Below, one piece after another: positions 5,870 through 7,689 of a stretch of DNA of 7,689 nt. How positions within the stretch are numbered: position 1 is the stretch's first letter; every line of letters starts with the position of its first letter. The notes under the pieces are model-generated. The model saw nothing but the letters and a program-made list of their open reading frames with translations, was not told where the DNA came from and did not search any database. A program made the position numbers and the translations under genes. Origin of the DNA: Candidatus Wukongarchaeum yapensis (GTDB lineage Archaea > Asgardarchaeota > Wukongarchaeia > Wukongarchaeales > Wukongarchaeaceae); assembly GCA_016840425.1 (NCBI GenBank), contig JAEOSI010000104.1, positions 1-7,689 on the forward strand. Direction: 5' to 3'.

Positions 5870-6847
5870 ATGGCAAAAAGCCAAATAGGCGAAATTTGGA
5901 TAAATGTGAGAAAAAGCAAAGGCAACATGGCGCTTCTGATATCGATCATAGTGCTTTCAAGTTTCGCTATTGGTTACAATTTCTACCTTTTGGATAGCCT
6001 CAAGAAATCTGGTTTCAACGACATCGAAGTAGAACGGAGTTACGAGGGAAGCATGATGAACCTCATAACGACAGCTCCACTCGCTGACCCTGCCGATAAT
6101 TCAACTTGGTTTTTCGCATCAGGACCTGCCAACTTCAGTAGGCATGTTTATACCGATGAGGTTGACGGGGATACCGCGGTCGTAAAACAAGACGTACGAA
6201 ACGACTGGCTCTGGAGCGAGACCTATTACTTCCTAGACCCATCGACATCAACGCCTCACACCGGACTAGTGATGACATTGTGGGATAACACCACGCATGC
6301 AGTCAAAACGGATATCGATGAACCATGTTGCGTCAACGATTCGAGGGCAGACAGGGATCGAAGCGGCTGCTATAGCTTATTCGTGCCGGCCCACCTAAGC
6401 GAAAATGAAGACGTAGAAGATGTTTTCTTTGATGAAACTAACACAACAGAGACCTCTTATTATCAAAGATCAGTCACGGTAAAAGACCTAAAGGTTTACG
6501 AGTATTTCTCCCATCTTAGGGAGAATTTAACGGCAACTCTCGGCGTCTATTGTGAGGTGAACCAAACTGTTCACGTAGAACCGAACACGGGATCGCCCAC
6601 CCAGATAGTTAACAAGACAGTGACCTTCTTCAGTGACTCTTCATACAGCAATATCATGGGGCGGATTACTATCAAAGATACTGCTGATTCAGCGGACGAT
6701 GGCATAAGCGATGCGAAAGATGCTAAGAGCATGCTGAATTTCGCGGAAAAACTCATTCCTTTAATACTAGTGGTTGCAGTCGTGGCGCTGACGGCGATTC
6801 TTGCCGCTAAACTTATGTACCTTGATAAGAAGAAAATCGAGAAATAG
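5870..6847 (+). CDS. Membrane-anchored protein with N- and C-terminal TM helices, DUF3068/PorA-family-like, probable glycoprotein
   Basis: SD GGGGTGA at 5856-5862. TM segments LLISIIVLSSFAIGYNFYLL and LIPLILVVAVVALTAILAAKLMYL, the latter followed by DKKK. DLKVYEY and VEPNTG resemble remembered DUF3068 motifs. Eight N-x-S/T sequons. The family call is by eye only; the CDS itself is more certain than the family. Confidence 0.7.
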   Translation: MAKSQIGEIWINVRKSKGNMALLISIIVLSSFAIGYNFYLLDSLKKSGFNDIEVERSYEGSMMNLITTAPLADPADNSTWFFASGPANFSRHVYTDEVDGDTAVVKQDVRNDWLWSETYYFLDPSTSTPHTGLVMTLWDNTTHAVKTDIDEPCCVNDSRADRDRSGCYSLFVPAHLSENEDVEDVFFDETNTTETSYYQRSVTVKDLKVYEYFSHLRENLTATLGVYCEVNQTVHVEPNTGSPTQIVNKTVTFFSDSSYSNIMGRITIKDTADSADDGISDAKDAKSMLNFAEKLIPLILVVAVVALTAILAAKLMYLDKKKIEK

Positions 6848-6925
6848 AAAGAATAACTCAGAAAAAAAGAGCACCAAAAAACGTATTGTTAAAACCTCTT
6901 AATGAGCGCGCTAGCCTGACCGATT

Positions 6926-6969
6926 GGGGCACCATGTGAGGGTGTGTGTGCCCCCTATTTTTCTTTCTT
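6926..6969 (+). terminator. GC-rich hairpin followed by a T-tract
   Basis: GGGGCAC (6926-6932) pairs with GTGCCCC (6948-6954), followed by ctatttttctttctt. It lies about 80 nt after the membrane-protein stop. Confidence 0.4.
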
Positions 6970-7114
6970 CCGATCGGAAGGAACTTGCCCACTAACTTAT
7001 TTTTTATTCTCCTTTTCATGTTATTGCTTCTTGATAGTAGTGGTTTTGTTATTTTTAGCATTTTTTACTTCTAATGCTTGCCTTGATTGTTGTGATAGGG
7101 AGCAGATTAGGTTG

Positions 7115-7228
7115 TTTTTAGGCTGTTATTGCTCTTGTGTAGAGGAGGAGAAAGGGGTTTGACCAGCTGTTTTGGGTGAGGTAGACCTTCATGTTGTGGA
7201 CTATTGCGTTCAATATCACTTTTTTCAT
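7115..7228 (-). pseudogene. Possible C-terminal fragment of an IS4/IS5-type DDE transposase
   Basis: The minus strand reads MKKVILNAIVHNMKVYLTQNSWSNPFLLLYTRAITA*. ILNAIVHN resembles the terminal (L)xxxxHN helix of such transposases. Short match only. Confidence 0.2.
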
Positions 7229-7689
7229 CCATTAGAAATTAATTCTAAGAATCTATAGTTATCTCTTATATTTTTGAAATAAGGATCTTCTCTAGCTTCT
7301 TCCTTATACTTTTCATTCAAGTTAATTGCTATTTCTAACGAATCAAGAGAATCTTCAATACATCCTAAAAGACATTTTGCACAAGCTATGTTGTACCATG
7401 CTTCGTGGAAGTTTGGCTTTATCCTGATAGCTTCTTTGAACCTCTTTATCGCCTCATCAAACTCGCCATTATCATAGTAAGCAAGACCCATGATGTACCA
7501 TGCTTCATGGAATTCTGGTTTTATACCAACAGCTTCCTCAAACCTCTTTATCGCCTCACCAAATTCGCCCTTACAATAGTAAGCAAGACCCATGGCGATC
7601 CATGCTTCATGGAATTCCGGCTCTACCCTGATAGCTTCCTCGAAACTCTTTATCTCCTCATAAAACTGGCCCTTACCATAGTAAGCAAG
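7225..7689 (-). CDS. Tetratricopeptide-repeat protein, 3' part (5'-truncated by the window edge)
   Basis: The frame is open from 7689 (LAYYGKGQFYEEIKSFEEAIRVEPEFHEAWIAMGLAYY...). It has 34-aa repeats with a 102-nt period (GTAAGCAAG at 7477, 7579, 7681) and a capping unit AWYNIAC...DPYFKNIR. The ORF-track start at 7593 is internal. Confidence 0.95.
   Translation of the reverse strand, partial: LAYYGKGQFYEEIKSFEEAIRVEPEFHEAWIAMGLAYYCKGEFGEAIKRFEEAVGIKPEFHEAWYIMGLAYYDNGEFDEAIKRFKEAIRIKPNFHEAWYNIACAKCLLGCIEDSLDSLEIAINLNEKYKEEAREDPYFKNIRDNYRFLELISNG

Noticed and set aside
6964-6980. Illumina adapter-like sequence (TCTTCCGATC / GATCGGAAG)
   Set aside because: The match is only 9-10 nt and does not extend to AGATCGGAAGAGC. 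It is explained by a natural palindrome, though a read check is cheap.
6571-7162. ORFs 6571-6756 (-), 6858-7061 (-) and 6944-7162 (+)
   Set aside because: The first is an antisense shadow. The other two overlap each other in skewed intergenic DNA, and the apparent hydrophobicity of 6944-7162 comes from T-rich codons.

Overview
Archaeal-type DNA, judged from GAGGTGA/AGGTGA/GGGGTGA ribosome-binding sites, TATA-like boxes, T-tract terminators and the gene content. The phylum cannot be fixed from this window. Left to right: (1) two tandem Lrp/AsnC-type regulators with a Cys-rich tail, the first cut by the window edge and reading in frame into the second; (2) a short GC-richer, palindrome-rich island that may be a decayed transposase; (3) a two-gene methyl-transfer module, a corrinoid protein and an MtaA/MtbA (URO-D fold) Zn-methyltransferase, in the same frame and separated only by one TAG codon; (4) a small 7-Cys protein; (5) a stand-alone single-domain AAA+ ATPase; (6) about 600 bp of unexplained sequence; (7) a collapsed pseudogene of a second corrinoid/methyltransferase module, preceded by the same GTTTA-N5-TAAAC palindrome found upstream of the intact module; (8) a two-TM, sequon-rich DUF3068/PorA-like membrane protein; (9) a possible IS remnant; (10) a convergent TPR gene cut by the window edge. 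All family assignments come from motif recognition by eye; no searches were run.
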